DNA from: the human T2T-CHM13v2.0 reference genome, Homo sapiens
Assembly: GCF_009914755.1 (NCBI RefSeq)
Contig: NC_060936.1
DNA: 64,000 bases
Strand: one strand, 5' to 3'
The translations under genes and the position numbers were made by a program. Under the pieces are notes generated by a model. That model did not search any database. It worked only from the letters and a program-made list of their open reading frames with translations, and was not told the origin of the DNA. Every line of letters starts with the position of its first letter. Position 1 is the first letter of the stretch. This document shows, piece after piece, positions 44,421 through 57,592 of this stretch.

Positions 44421-46369
44421 CTACCTTTCTAACAAATCCAAAACTTTAATCTACTGATATTCACTGAATGCAAGAAACTATGTTATGTGCTTGAGTGAAG
44501 GGATAGCGTCAGGGGTAAATACTGAAATGTAAGCCACAGGCCTGCTCTCCAGGGGCAAGCAGCATAAAACAACTGTAAACTGAGAAGGATGATTGTAGGG
44601 CTACATCAAAGCACAAGCCTTGCAGTACAGAAGAAGTAACAACCATTTTTCACTGATGGGGTATCACATAAGTCTTCATGAAAAAGGTATATTTTTTACT
44701 AAGTCTGGTAGGATGAATAGGATTTTTGGTAGGGCAATGCATGGAATGAAGGAAGTGAAGATTTCCACTGGGGGATGCTGGACTTAAGGGACAACATAAT
44801 CAAAAGCGAAGAAGAGGAAGTAAAAACTGAAAGGACAAAAATATAGACTACTGCATCACTCAACCCTAATGAAGTACCAACAATATGGTCCATTTTAAAA
44901 ACAATTAATGGTCCAATTATTTTTAGAATAGAGAGAGTTCACAGGCACACACATGGGGGGTCCTGAGTGTCTCCCACAAGCTTGAGTACTGAAAAAAATG
45001 TACAATGCCTCTGGGAAGTGAAAACACTTTGATTCTTTGCAGACCCCAAGCTCCTTGGGTAGTATCAGGTGTGCTAAGACTGCCTCAGCCTGGTCCTTGT
45101 CTCATGTTGTCCAGAGATACAAAAGTCCATGGGTCATATAACCATTTTCCACTTTTTCTGGAGTGGACATAATTTCTTCAAAATAAATAATATTAAGGAT
45201 TCCAGTACTTAAAACAGAACAAGAGAATCTTCTCTGGTGGAAGGGGAGGCAGGGACTCTCACAGCCTTCACCTCTGGGTTCCCTCTTCACCACACATAAA
45301 TTTAGACCGTTTATCTTGAAACTTCTAAGAATTTGGAGAACCAAAGTTCATAAAACACTGGGTTATAAAGAAAAAAAATGAAATAGCATAGCAAGAATGA
45401 GAGCTTGCCTTAGAAAGAGACATAATGGAGGAATCACACTGACATATGTTTGCTTTCTAAATGGGCTAGGTCGAGGACTCTTTGAGTCACTTCCTCTATA
45501 TTGTGATATAAAGGGGAGAGGGTGAGCAAATATCCTATATATATAAGGAGTTTATGGAGACTAAGTTTAAGAAGAAAATATAAAATATATGTTACAATTT
45601 GGGGGATAAAGATATTTTTAGACATAAACTATTCAGATTGAGGTAAGGACTGCTCTGAAGGTAATAAGAAAAAGTACGATGTTATTTAGTTTATTGTTAA
45701 AAACCAAGATAGAAATGTGGAAAGTTTGTTTTCACTGGTTATGGAAGAAGAATTAAAAATATAGGCATAAATATATTTTTCTTTCATAATAAAAATTATG
45801 GTAATTATAACAAACTACTTTTTAATGATAACAATGTAATAATATGAATTTCTTTGGGTTCAGGATACTATGAACATTATGAACAATACACTGAGCAATG
45901 ATTTTGATGATTCTAGTGCCAGACCACCCAGGAGCTATTTGGACTCAGCAAAGGGTGTGTACTCTTTGGATGGTATGTCTGCATTTTCTGGGAAAAAGAA
46001 GTTTTCAGAGTGTGGCATCCTAATCTATACACATTTTCCCTGAAGCGTGTAGAGTCCAAGCATGTTTATTTGCTCTTCTATGCCAAACCAGGGAGGGCAA
46101 GACATTTCTAAATCTCCTTTAAGGCAACAAATCAAAGGGCTTCCTTGGAAAGGGTCTTAGATTATCACCCAAGAACCACACACAAAAAAAACTAGCTGTG
46201 CATTTTCCCCTTCTGCATTAAGTCTAAGTTGTTCTTCTGCTCAATTCTAGAAGAAATTAGGGGACTAAAATATGATGGTATAGGAAAAAAGGGTGTCAAG
46301 ATGACAGGGATAAGAGATACTAGTTTTCTCATTGTATTAGAATTCTATTTTTTAAAAAAGTACATGTTT

Positions 46370-46525
46370 CATGTATTATGTAACAAACCTGCATGTTCTG
46401 CACATGTATCCCAGAACTTAAAGAATATTAAAAAAAAAAAGAAGAAAAAGAAATCTACTCTTTAAGGACCATTAAGCATCCCTTATTTTCCATGGCATTT
46501 TCATTAATTAAAAGAATTAAAAGGA
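46370..46525 (+). mobile_element. Tiny L1PA7-like 3' end with 3' transduction
   Basis: tatgtaacaaacctgcatgttctgcacatgtatcccagaacttaaag, A tract, ~53 bp non-L1 sequence, ATTAAA and a second A tract; perfect TSD aaaaaagtacatgttt at 46354-46369 and 46526-46541. Confidence 0.9.
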
Positions 46526-46749
46526 AAAAAAAGTACATGTTTATTTATTTAATCTTCTCACCATGTTGCCAACCAATGTTTCAGTCCCAGTCAAAATCCC
46601 TACCTTCTAGTAGGGTGAGAAAGCCAGTAAACAGAGAAAGAGCTAAGATAACCTTAGACTTCAATAACTGTTACAGACAAAATAAACTCAGTGATACAAT
46701 AGTAAGTAGGAGAGGGTTTTCTTGTTTTTAATGTTTTAGCTGATATAAT

Positions 46750-47530
46750 CTTACCTTCATTATAAAGAAGGTTGCCAGGGAATGCCTTTCCAGTGAGGTG
46801 CTATGGGAGTACAGTGCTGAATGAAGTTAAGTTTCACATCATGTGAAAGTTCTAGGAAAAGAATAGTTCAGTCAGACACTTGGCAAATATAGAGCTCTGA
46901 GCAGGAAACAGTTGGGCACATTTGAAAGCAGAGAAAGGAGTCCAAGGTAGTGGCGTTGCGGAATGTGGGCATAGAGAACTAGGCAGGGGTTAGACCATGC
47001 ATGACCTTTTGGGTGTTCGTAAAGGGGATGAGTTTAATTCTTAGATTATTTGGAAGACACTTAAGAATTGTAGTTGGGAAATGACTTAGCCTGATTGGCT
47101 TTGTAAAAGGACGCTTTGATTGCTGTGTAGAGAATGGAAAATGATAGCCAAATACATGGGAGCAAGGAGATTTAACTAGAGGGTACTGCTAGAAGCTCAG
47201 TGAGAGGTGATGGTGGTTTGGATTGGGAGTGGCAGTGGAAAATGAGGTTTATTCCAGAAGTATAATGCTTTGAAGATGAGCTTGAGGGACTTCCTGGAAG
47301 CTTATATGGGGCAAATGGGCTAAGTAAGGGCTCAACGGGGGAAGGGGAGAACTCTTAAATGACCATAAGAATTTTGTTTTAAACAAGTACGTGTACTTAG
47401 CTACCTTTACTTAAATGGGAAAAGGTATGGAGGAGAAAAATATTTGTAGAAGAAATCAAGAGTTCTGTGTTAAGCCTGAAGATGTTTCCAGAACATTTAC
47501 CTCAAGATGTCAAGCAAACAGACAGATATC
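46750..47530 (-). mobile_element. Degraded LINE-2
   Basis: tgattgctgtgtagagaatgg, gagaggtgatggtggtttgga, aaatcaagagttctgtgtt, gatgtcaagcaaacag. Confidence 0.7.
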
Positions 47531-47588
47531 TCGCTCATATACTCATGCAGCCAACTCATAACACAGAGACACCCAGCATCATCCTTCA

Positions 47589-47692
47589 GGCTCACACCTG
47601 TAACTAGAGGGTACTGCTAGAGGCTCAGTGAGAGGTGATGGTGGTTTGGATTGGGAGAGTGAAACTCCATCTCTAAATAAATAAATAAATAA
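47589..47692 (+). mobile_element. Gutted Alu: 5' and 3' stubs around a 57-bp locally templated insert
   Basis: ggctcacacctgtaa, then a copy of 47173-47229, then agagtgaaactccatctc and a (TAAA)n tail. Confidence 0.8.
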
Positions 47693-50600
47693 CACAAATA
47701 TTCAGGACATGCTAGAAGCAGTGCTGCCGTGATTTGGGTCCAAATTTTGCCTCAATACTCAAAAGTATTTTCCAAACCTAAACTCCACTGATAGTCTGTA
47801 GGACTTATCAACATTAGAATTTTTCCTCTTTTCATGCATCCTAATCTATAACATGTAGCATAGTTCCATTATGTCCAATTGGAGCTACTTTATTCCTTAC
47901 ACTTCACCTCAGGTGGCCTGCCTGCTGTTATTTTCAAAAGATTAATCCTGGGGGTTATATTGCATAAGACTGCTCTTTATTTGACCTGAAACATTCCTTC
48001 ACTCCTGACAGACAGACAGGATATGGCCTAATAGGAAAGGGTTCATGAAGCTCCAGCCCTAGTACAGCTGGCGTCCATCCTCCGCCTGTCGCTGCCAACA
48101 GGGCTGGGAGATGGCCACTCTCCTGAGCACACTGGACTCTGCAGCTGGGAAGGTGCAGTTCTCTGGGAACAGTCAGAGTTGAGCCCCCATGGTGGGTGGC
48201 ATGTTTATCTTTTCCCTTGAAAAACAAAAGGTCAATGAGGAACACATGTTTCTATGACAACAAGAAATTCAAAGGGGATGCTAAATCCAAGCAAATGTGA
48301 ATGCAAGGGAAGAGGAAGAGAAAAGTTGGCCCAGTTTGAAAGGAAGTGATTTGGTAGTACATTGAGTCTCTTTTTATTTCAACTTAATTCCCATCTGAAT
48401 TTACATGTGATGAAAGGCTGGTGAAGAAAATATGTGAAAATAGGAATAATCCTCTAAAATAATGTAGTCTGTACGCCACTGATGAGGGAGGTCTGAATTT
48501 GGTAAAACTAGTGGTCTCAGGTTGGTAAATGATACCCTCAGTTTTCAAAATAGGTATTTTATTTGTTAGCATTGGAAATGACTTAATCTAGTCTGCCTTC
48601 TGCCCTGTTGAAAAATCACATTTGCAAATACTATCTTTAGAAAAAGTGTATTTTGTCACCTGTGTTTTCAATGGTCCCATCCATTTTATCCTTGCCATGA
48701 TTTTGTCATGTTTCAGTGTAGGGCCACCAATATATGACATGGGGGAATACTTCACTGACATTGCATAGTGAGATGGGAGGAGGAGAAAAGAAAAAAAGAG
48801 TAAAAATGAAAAAATCAAATGGAAGGAACATCCTATTCATAATACTTAATATTTAAAAGAAACAGAGAGTGTGTTGTAAACATGAAGAAGAGTAACACCC
48901 GGACAGCATTTGGTGTCATTTCTTTCCATGCATAAAAATGGAAAGAAGTACTCCACAGAGTATTCAAAAATATTCTTCTCTAAACTGTCTTACGAGTAGC
49001 AAGAAAGGACATCAAATAGAATTTTGTTTTTTGTTTTAAACATCACAAATCCAATGTGTACTTATTGTGAATTATTAAAAGAATTCACAAAAATATGGAA
49101 AAGTGAAATTCCTTTCACTTTTGTGCCCTCATTACTGCTCTAGAGAGGTAATCTCTGTTCAAACTTTGTTGTGTCACACACGGTTATTCCAATTGCACTT
49201 TACGGGAACTTGGAGAGGAGGCATATGAGGTAGTGGAAAAGTACCAGGAAGGAAAGTTGCGTCTCAGGTCTGCCATTCTGTGGATTTTGGAAAATCTACT
49301 AACTTCCTTGGGACTCTGATTCCTGATGTGTAATATGAAGTGGCTCCCAGGAAAGATGGAGTAGAATTTACCACCATCTGAGCGATTGCTGGAAATCCGG
49401 AGGGATATTTTGACAACTTTGTTTGTCACTGTGACTATGAGAGCCTTCTGATGCCTGTTTCCCTCAGAATGGGAATGCTACACATCTCCAAAGCACAATG
49501 AAGAATTTTCCCACTTCAAGTGTCAGGAGTACCCCTACCACAAAGCAAAACAAACAAACAAACAAAAAACCTCGAACATTGTTATGGTCTCTTCCAGCTG
49601 ACAAGATCTCACAAAGTAAAGTTGTTGGTGATATTGACCAATACTAACATTTACAAAGCAAATTTTCTTTTTAAAAGAAAATTGTAAATCCCACAATTAT
49701 CTAGATTAAAATGATTTTTCTTTGTGCTCTAATTCAATAGAAAAGGTAGTTTTTAAGTCTATAAATCGCTTTATTATTTTGGTGATTTCTCAGCTTGCAT
49801 TTTGCTATAATTTGCATTATTAAAATATTCTGCTGTGGAACCAGTTTTGACGATTTCCCTTTCTTTTTTTCTTTTCATATTATGTACATCTTATTAGCTT
49901 CTGAATTTTTCATAGAAGTTTGCCTCTTTTATCACACAATACTAAAGAAAACACTATAATAATACATATAAAGGTACACTGTAGCCTAGAAGCTTCAAAG
50001 CTGATACTGCATCCAAGTGATTTTTAAATGATTATTTAATACTTAATTTTTTCTAAATTGCTTCACATGTTCCAGGGAGGCCCAATAGTCCAATCCTTTT
50101 CTATTAATTTTATTTCAAAAAAGCCAGGTTTGTACATTGGCCTTATGATAGTCATGATAATAATCAAAATATATAAAACTGTTTTACATTTGTACAGTAT
50201 AAATGGAAAGTTATAGCTTATTTCTTCACATGCTTTCACAAATATTATTTTTTATGATCCTCCCAACAAATCCGAGAGACTGCGTAGGCCAAATAGTATT
50301 ATTTTCAATTTGCAGATGAAGAAGAAAAGAACACTGCAGAGTTAACTTGGCTTCCAGAGAATCTTCTTATACCAAACTCATTTTCTTCAGGGGTTTAAAA
50401 AACACTCATGTAAACTTTATTTTTTTTTTCTTCAAATACACTTAATCTGGCAAGGTTCTTTCACACAGCAATAAATAGCATTTGCTATCTTTGAGAGAAT
50501 GCCAGCTGGTCTCCTTCCTAGTCCTGAGGTAAACAGAAGGCTGCCTGCTTGTCTTGAGTCTGCTCTTGCTAATTAGAGGATTTGTGTTCTGTTTCCCTTT

Positions 50601-52902
50601 AAAAGGCTTCTGGAAAATGGTAGTTCCCTTTTTTCTCAACCTTCCACGCAGTTCAGTGTTAGAATCTTCTCCTTGAGTGCCCTTCTTTCTTTCATGGGCA
50701 TGACAGTGAGAAAATCCCCAAGAGCTACTGAGCAAAAGCAAAAGAATATTTGGATAAGAAATTAATCCATATATGGAATGAGAGCCATGAGAAGTTTTCA
50801 TTTCTATTTCAAATCTAAACTAAAGCAAAGACCCAGCAAAATCTTTTTACTTTGGAGGCTTAATGTAAATATTTTTCTAACTGGTGTTTTTAGTTGGAAA
50901 TCCTGAAGATCAAATAAAGATTTTTCTTTCTCACTCACTTCTGCTGAACCCCTACTATAACTTATTTGGCCAGGGCTAAAATATTAAAGCTTGAGTTTTC
51001 ACAGCCCATCGTTTCCCCATTTCAGCTAAAGAAGGTTTGGTCTCACCAACAGATTTCTGGACAATTTTATGTAAATGGATGTCACAGCAGGTCAGGGGAT
51101 AGAATAATGGCAATGGGAAAAAAAATTTGTAAGATCATCATAACCAAAGGTCAAAAGAGAGTTTGGAGTAGTTTAGAAAGGAAGAGGAGAGACATTTGGG
51201 ATAGTCACTTATTTGTGGGAGATAGGTAAAACTAAAACATATAAGGAAAAGTTATGTATTAGAAGTTTTTCTATGTGTTAAGAATATATTCTTTATTTTA
51301 CCCTGTGGTAATTTCAAGAGAGGCTTCATTAAAGATGCAAATTACTTTTAATTCCTTGGGTAACAGGCTGTTGCTTGTTTGAAAGTGATATTGGCACTAA
51401 ACGCTAAGAAAGCTAGGTTTTATGTGTACTACATTTGAAGATTGACATTTTCTTTGTGGAAGAGTCATCGGTGTATTTATCATATCCGTAAAAACATTAA
51501 CTGCCTGATTTTCGAAGTTGGATTGTTCTTTTTTGCATGACTGCTATCAAGCAAGACTAAGAAGTAAAATATGTGACAATGAAAGACAAAGACAAACCAG
51601 AAAAATAGTTATTATTTTTTCTTTTTACCTTCTGAAACTTTTCTTGGTACTGGTAATCACATGTATTTAAAAATGGAAAACTTGGAAAATAAGAACTATT
51701 CATTTATTCGAGCTAATTCAACATTTGAATATTCATTCTGTTTCCAAAATGTAGATAATACAAAGGTAAGCTGAAGCATTCTCTGCCTTTAATAAAAGAA
51801 GTTGTATAAAAATTTATTCACACACATTGTATAAAATAAAATAAGGAAAATGCCTGTCACACACACAATAATATAAGTCTGCACAGGTAAGAGAGCTCAA
51901 ATAAGAAGCCCTTCTGAATTCATGTTGTTACCTTAATTTTTATTCACTGAGTACTGAAAGAGTTTGGGAAAACAAGACAAATGCCCATTTCCCTTTTACT
52001 CCATGAGAGTCATCTTTAGGTAATTAGGGTTTTTCCAAAACATAAATTATTTATTTCTTCCTACAGTCACATATGCAGACCAGAAGTCTCAAGTATCCCA
52101 GAAATGAAGTAGCTTTCAGTCATCATCATTTCTACTAAGAAAACTTCCTGGAATTTAGGAAAACTGGGTAGAAACTCTCCAAAGTCCTCTCAGCGTCATT
52201 TTTTGTCCTGTCCAGATGGATATTCTTGATGAGCATTTTTTACATCATTCCCTCAGGCAGTTTGATAAATTGTTGCTTTTATGCCTGCTATGGCCCCGTT
52301 CTGAAAAATGAAGTTAAAATGATATTTATAATTATTCCCATAATTGGAGCAAGGCCAGAGCTCTGTGTATTTCACATTTAGACTAGTTACAAAAACTTGG
52401 CATTGATTGTGTCTCCACCTCTAAATCTGAACAAATAAGATAAGTGATTAGCAGGTATGGTTTTAAAATTAAATCTTAAAGGCCAAATCACAAAAACACT
52501 TTTTGAAGCTGACAAATCACTGAGTATTTTGTAACTGATTAACTGTCAGTCATCCACAAAATCCCCTACCTTTAACTTTGACTCTGCATTTATTTTATTG
52601 CTTTAGTTGAATTGAGTCTCACCTCTGAGAACACTGCTTCCTCTGCAGCCTTCTCAAGTGGTAACTGTTTCTCCCACATCCCTCAAAACCCTAGACCAGG
52701 CTTTTTTCTCTCCCCCATCGCTCCAGCCAGTTGTCCTCTCTGCTCTTCTAGAAGCTGCTCATTTCAGGCTATATTCCCTTTCTCCTCCATGAAAATACCT
52801 TCCTTTGAATGTCATTTTATCAAAATATAAACATACAGTCAGATGTAAGGATTTCTGATATTCAATAGCACAGTAGGGTGACAAGAGTTAGCAACAACAT
52901 AT

Positions 52903-52951
52903 TGTGTGTGTGTGTGGGTGTGTGGGTGTGTGTGTGTGTGTGTGTGTGTGT
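52903..52951. repeat. (TG)n microsatellite, two interruptions
   Basis: Direct reading. Confidence 0.95.
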
Positions 52952-52962
52952 ATAAATACACA

Positions 52963-53257
52963 TTTTTTTTTTTTTTTGAGATGGAGTCTCGCTCTGTCGC
53001 CCAGGCTGGGGTGCAGTGGCGTGATCTCAGCTCGCTGCAAGCTCCTCCTCCCAGGTTCACGCCATTCTCCTGCCTCAGCCTCCTGAGTAGCTAGGACTAC
53101 AGGCGCCTGCCACCACGTCCGGCTATTTTTTTGTATTTTTAGTAGAGACAGGGTTTCACCGTGTTAGCCAGAATGGTCTCGATCTCCTGACCTCATGATC
53201 CACCCGCCTCGGCCTCCCAAAGTGCTGGGATTACAGGCGTGAGCCACAGCGCCCGGC
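52963..53257 (-). mobile_element. AluY
   Basis: gcaagctcc, ggttcacgccattctcc, gtgttagccag(a)atggtctcgatctcc diagnostics; poly(T) tail. Confidence 0.95.
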
Positions 53258-53439
53258 AACATATTGTATATTTCAACATAGTTGGAAGAAAGGATTTAAA
53301 GTGTTCCCAACACAAAGAAATGATAAACGCTTAAGGTGATGGATATCCTAAATACCCTGACTTGATCATTATACATTCTGTGCATGTATCAAAATATGAC
53401 ATATACCCTATAAATATGATTTCAATATCCACATCCATA

Positions 53440-53948
53440 CCCTTTCCAATTTTCTGACCTCTTTCTTCCCTGACATGCACTCCTCCATTCACGTTGCCCT
53501 TCACACTATCTCAGACCCTTATTATCATCATACTCACACTAGCTTCCTTGCAATTTCCCAAACACATTAAGCACAACCTCATCTCTGGGTCTTTGTACTT
53601 GCTCTGTTCTGCCCTTAGAAATGCTCTTCCTCCTCATATCTGATGGCCACAGTCTTACCACTTCAATTCTCATCTAACTCATTCAAGCTTTCCTCACATT
53701 CTTTTTCAAACAGCAACTCTTCCACCCACTTCTCCTGCCCTACTTAGTTACATTGTTTTTATACCATTCAAGACTCTCTGACATATGATTTATTTGCATA
53801 TTATTCATTTCTCCACCCATATTAGACTTGAACTGCAGAAAGGCAGAGATATTTGTCTGTTTTGTTCACTGCTGTATCCTTAGTAACTGAAATATACAAC
53901 ATATATATGCCACATAGTAGACATATAGTAGATATCTGATGAATAAAT
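53440..53948 (+). mobile_element. LINE-2 3' end
   Basis: aggcagagatatttgtctgttttgttcactgctgtatcc...cacatagtag...gatgaataaat. Confidence 0.75.
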
Positions 53949-54264
53949 TATTTCCCCTTTTTTGAAAAGTGTGGTATGATATATTTTCAAGGTTTAAATA
54001 ATTCCATATTTAAAAATTGGTCTAAAGGTGTGATAATTATAGAAATAATTCCAACCTAGACATGTGAGTGACTAAGATATTTTTTACTCAGATTCAATTG
54101 AACATGGTTTTTGCCCTTCACCATGTAAATCCTGATCTCAGATTTTAAGTAAAGTGGTACTTCAATTGTGTCAGATATATAAAATTATTTCAGCATTTTT
54201 GCCAATTTATCGTTTATAAAATAGCTAAAATTCTGTCAGTTTTTTTGTTTGTTTCCACAAACAA

Positions 54265-54348
54265 GTATTGTCTTCTTAAAGAAAGTAAGACTGATTATTC
54301 TTTTCCATATCATGTATTGTCTTCTTAAAGAAAATAAGACTGATTATT
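54265..54348. repeat. 35-bp direct repeat separated by a 14-bp spacer
   Basis: gtattgtcttcttaaagaaa(g/a)taagactgattatt at 54265-54299 and 54314-54348. Confidence 0.95.
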
Positions 54349-55539
54349 TCAGAAGAAAACCAAGCATATACCCCATTGTTCCTAAGACTATATTTCTTGT
54401 TGAAGTCCGTAAAATAGGATTTTGCTTTGAAGCTGTCTTCTCAAATAAACAAAAGCATGGATTCCTACATGAAGATACTCACTATAATCAAACCATCACT
54501 GTCCATGTAATCCACTGCCCCACTACATCTACATATTCTCAAAAGAGCACACAAGTACCTTTTCTCTCTTTCGGAGCACTCAGGATATGTGCATCACTAC
54601 AGGGCCTGTTAATCATTGCAAACTTTCAATAAATAACAAATCCTTGCTGTGACAACTGTTGGCCAAAATGTTTAAAAAGAAAACAGCAAAGTTAGCCAAA
54701 AAAAAAAAAAAAACTTTCATGTCAAATTTCTTAATTACTGCTTGTATACCTTGATTGTGAGTCAGATGTGGCTTAAAACTAATAAGAACTTGGTTAATAC
54801 TCTAGAATCCCCTTCATAGCTCAATAATAAATTTTTGGCAAAAGCAAAACATATTTCCCTCAATCACTCTAAGTATTATATAAAGATAACCACTACACCA
54901 ATAATAATATTTATTTTTAATTAGTTTACACTATGTACCAAAAACAATGTTATTTATATACTGCCATAATGCTAATCTTCATTGGAGTACTATGAAAAAA
55001 CACTTTCAGAAGAATGTAAGATCTAAGCTGAGATACATGGTTTAGTAGAAAACAGTTCAATCACTTGTTTGAACTTTGGGAAGGGAGGAAAGATCCAGGC
55101 AAAAGGAATAGCATTTTAAAAGCCTAGTAGTCAGAGATAATATAACAAATAATACAGATTATTTCCTATGCAATTAATGCATACAGTTTTCCAGGGCTCG
55201 AGTGTAGGCTATAGTGCAAGAATGTGTTGGAGTGGATGTGGACCAATGGCCAGACGAGAACTACAAACTTAGTCAAAGGGTAAATCATGTGTACCTCTTA
55301 GTCAAGAGGCAAATCATGTGTAATCATGGTAAAGCATGTTCATGCATGTGTAAGCTACGGATAATTAAAGACTTTGGATTTTATCTAGGAAATCTGGTAA
55401 TTGTTGACCTCTGTATTTGTTTTTATGTTTTCTTTTTCTACCCCGCCTTTTGTTTCTCTTCTTGTTCTCTCCTCTGCTTTTTGGCTCTTCCTTTTTTCCC
55501 CTTATGTCTTCTTCCCCTCACTCCTATATTTCATTTAAG

Positions 55540-56340
55540 CACAAGAAGTGTTATTAATAGATTCAAGAAATCATTATTGGACATCTACCTCATGTAAGCC
55601 ACTCTGCTAGATACTGAGGAAGTTTATTCAGCAAGACAGACCTGATTCCATCCCTCATAAAACTTACAGTCTGGTGGACAAGACTGGCATATTCAGAGAA
55701 CTGAAATAAACACAGTGTTACTTGGAGTTCAAAGTAGGGAAATGCCATGAGATGAGCCAGAGAAGAAAGAAGGAACAGGTCAGAGGGTGTGTTGCAAATT
55801 AGATAAGGAATTTTGGGTTTTATGCTAAGAGCAACGGGAGGACGTTAAAGTACTTTTCAAATTTCCTCTCCTCTTATTCATCCTCTTCATTATGGTTTCC
55901 ATTCGTCTATGTCACTGAAATCGTTTTTAATATGGTTTCAAAAACCTTAATAACACTCAAACTACTGGACATTTTCTACTCTTGACTATGCAGCATCATT
56001 AAATTGCCTCTTTCCAGAACACTCTATTCTGTTGACTTTCATGACACTAGATTCTCTTGCCACCTCTGTGGCCACATTTTCCTTGTCTTTTTTTGCCAAT
56101 TTGGCTTGCACTTTTCTGCTTAGACTTTAAATGTTGCAACTAGTCATGGTTGAATCCTAGGCCCTCTCCTCTTCTCACTCTATACAATATTCCCATGCTA
56201 TCTTATCCAGAATCATGCTTCTTTTACTTGTAGCTCCATTCCAGACAACTTTTCTGAATTTCAGTCTCAAATCTCACTGCATATGGTAGATCTCTATTAT
56301 AATTTTACACAAACACTTCAAACTCAACATGCCTATCCGT
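55540..56340. mobile_element. LINE-2 fragments in both orientations
   Basis: ccctcataaaacttacagtctggtgg (minus) and ctaggccctctcctcttctcactctatac, cacttcaaactcaacatg (plus). Confidence 0.6.
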
Positions 56341-56824
56341 AGAAAAGGAAGAGAAGAGGAGGATCAGGCTGGGGGTAGGTAGATATGTGTGATTGTGGGT
56401 GAATTGCCACTTTGAGCTAGATACAAGGTTTGATATCATATATTTTCTACTATTGATCCTTTTGAATTGAGAAAAGAAAAGAGATGTGGCTGACTGCATT
56501 TGAGTACTAAGAGAGAAAACAAAATAAATGAAAAGTAAACAAAAAGTTTTTAAATAAACAGACTATTTAAAACAAGACGTAGGGTAGCAAAATGATCAAG
56601 CTATCTAACTTAATATTTCACTAGTTCCATCCATTTAATGATCAATGGAGAAATTAATTTACAAACTTAAAAATGAGATTTTAAGTTTATACTACATTAA
56701 AAATAAATTTTAAGATTTGGAGAAAGTAGCTGATTTCCTAAAAATGTAATATACTATTTTTAATTCAGGTAGAAAAAAACTTGAATAAATCAATGACCAT
56801 AGAAGAGGCCAAAGAAGGAATTAA

Positions 56825-57198
<374 letters not shown>

Positions 57199-57219
57199 TA
57201 CATCTTATTTCTTAATAAC

Positions 57220-57592
57220 TATATTAGTCTGCTCAGGCTTCCATAGCACAGGACCACAAATTAGGTAGCTTAAACAACAGAAATTTATCTGTTAAAGATA
57301 AGACCAAGATCCTATCAAGTTTGGATTTTAGAGAAGCCTCCCTTCCTGGCTTGCACATGGCCACCTTCTCGCTGTGTCTTCAATGGCCTCTGCTCTATGC
57401 ATGTGTAGTGAAACATATCTGATGTATCTTCCTCTTCTTAGGAGGACACCAGTCCTATTGGATTAGGACCCCATCCTCATAACCTCATTTAATCTTAATT
57501 ATCTCACCAAAGAGCCTTTCTTCAAATACACTCACATTGGGGGTTATGAAATAAACACAAAAATTTGGGAGGAAATAAATCAATCTGTAACA
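57220..57592 (-). mobile_element. MLT1A-like solo LTR (ERVL-MaLR)
   Basis: gcttaaacaacagaaatttat, ggacaccagtcctattggattagg, cctcatttaatcttaatta, ends tgtaaca. Confidence 0.85.

Larger units (their letters stand above)
52845..53420 (+). mobile_element. L1MA 3'UTR fragment interrupted by an Alu
   Basis: atagcacagtagggtgac...[Alu]...ttcccaacacaaagaaatgataaa...taccctgacttgatcattatacatt. Confidence 0.85.

Noticed and set aside
51628-51679. Candidate 52-nt minus-strand exon (FPFLNTCDYQYQEKFQK) with AG/GT ends
   Set aside because: Weak donor (GTAAAA), no recognisable protein, no supporting neighbouring exons.
52050-52320. Splice-acceptor-like motifs on both strands
   Set aside because: No open frame or matching donor; such motifs are common in AT-rich DNA.
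54265-54348. CRISPR-like repeat-spacer-repeat
   Set aside because: Only two repeats, 14-bp spacer, primate DNA, no cas genes.
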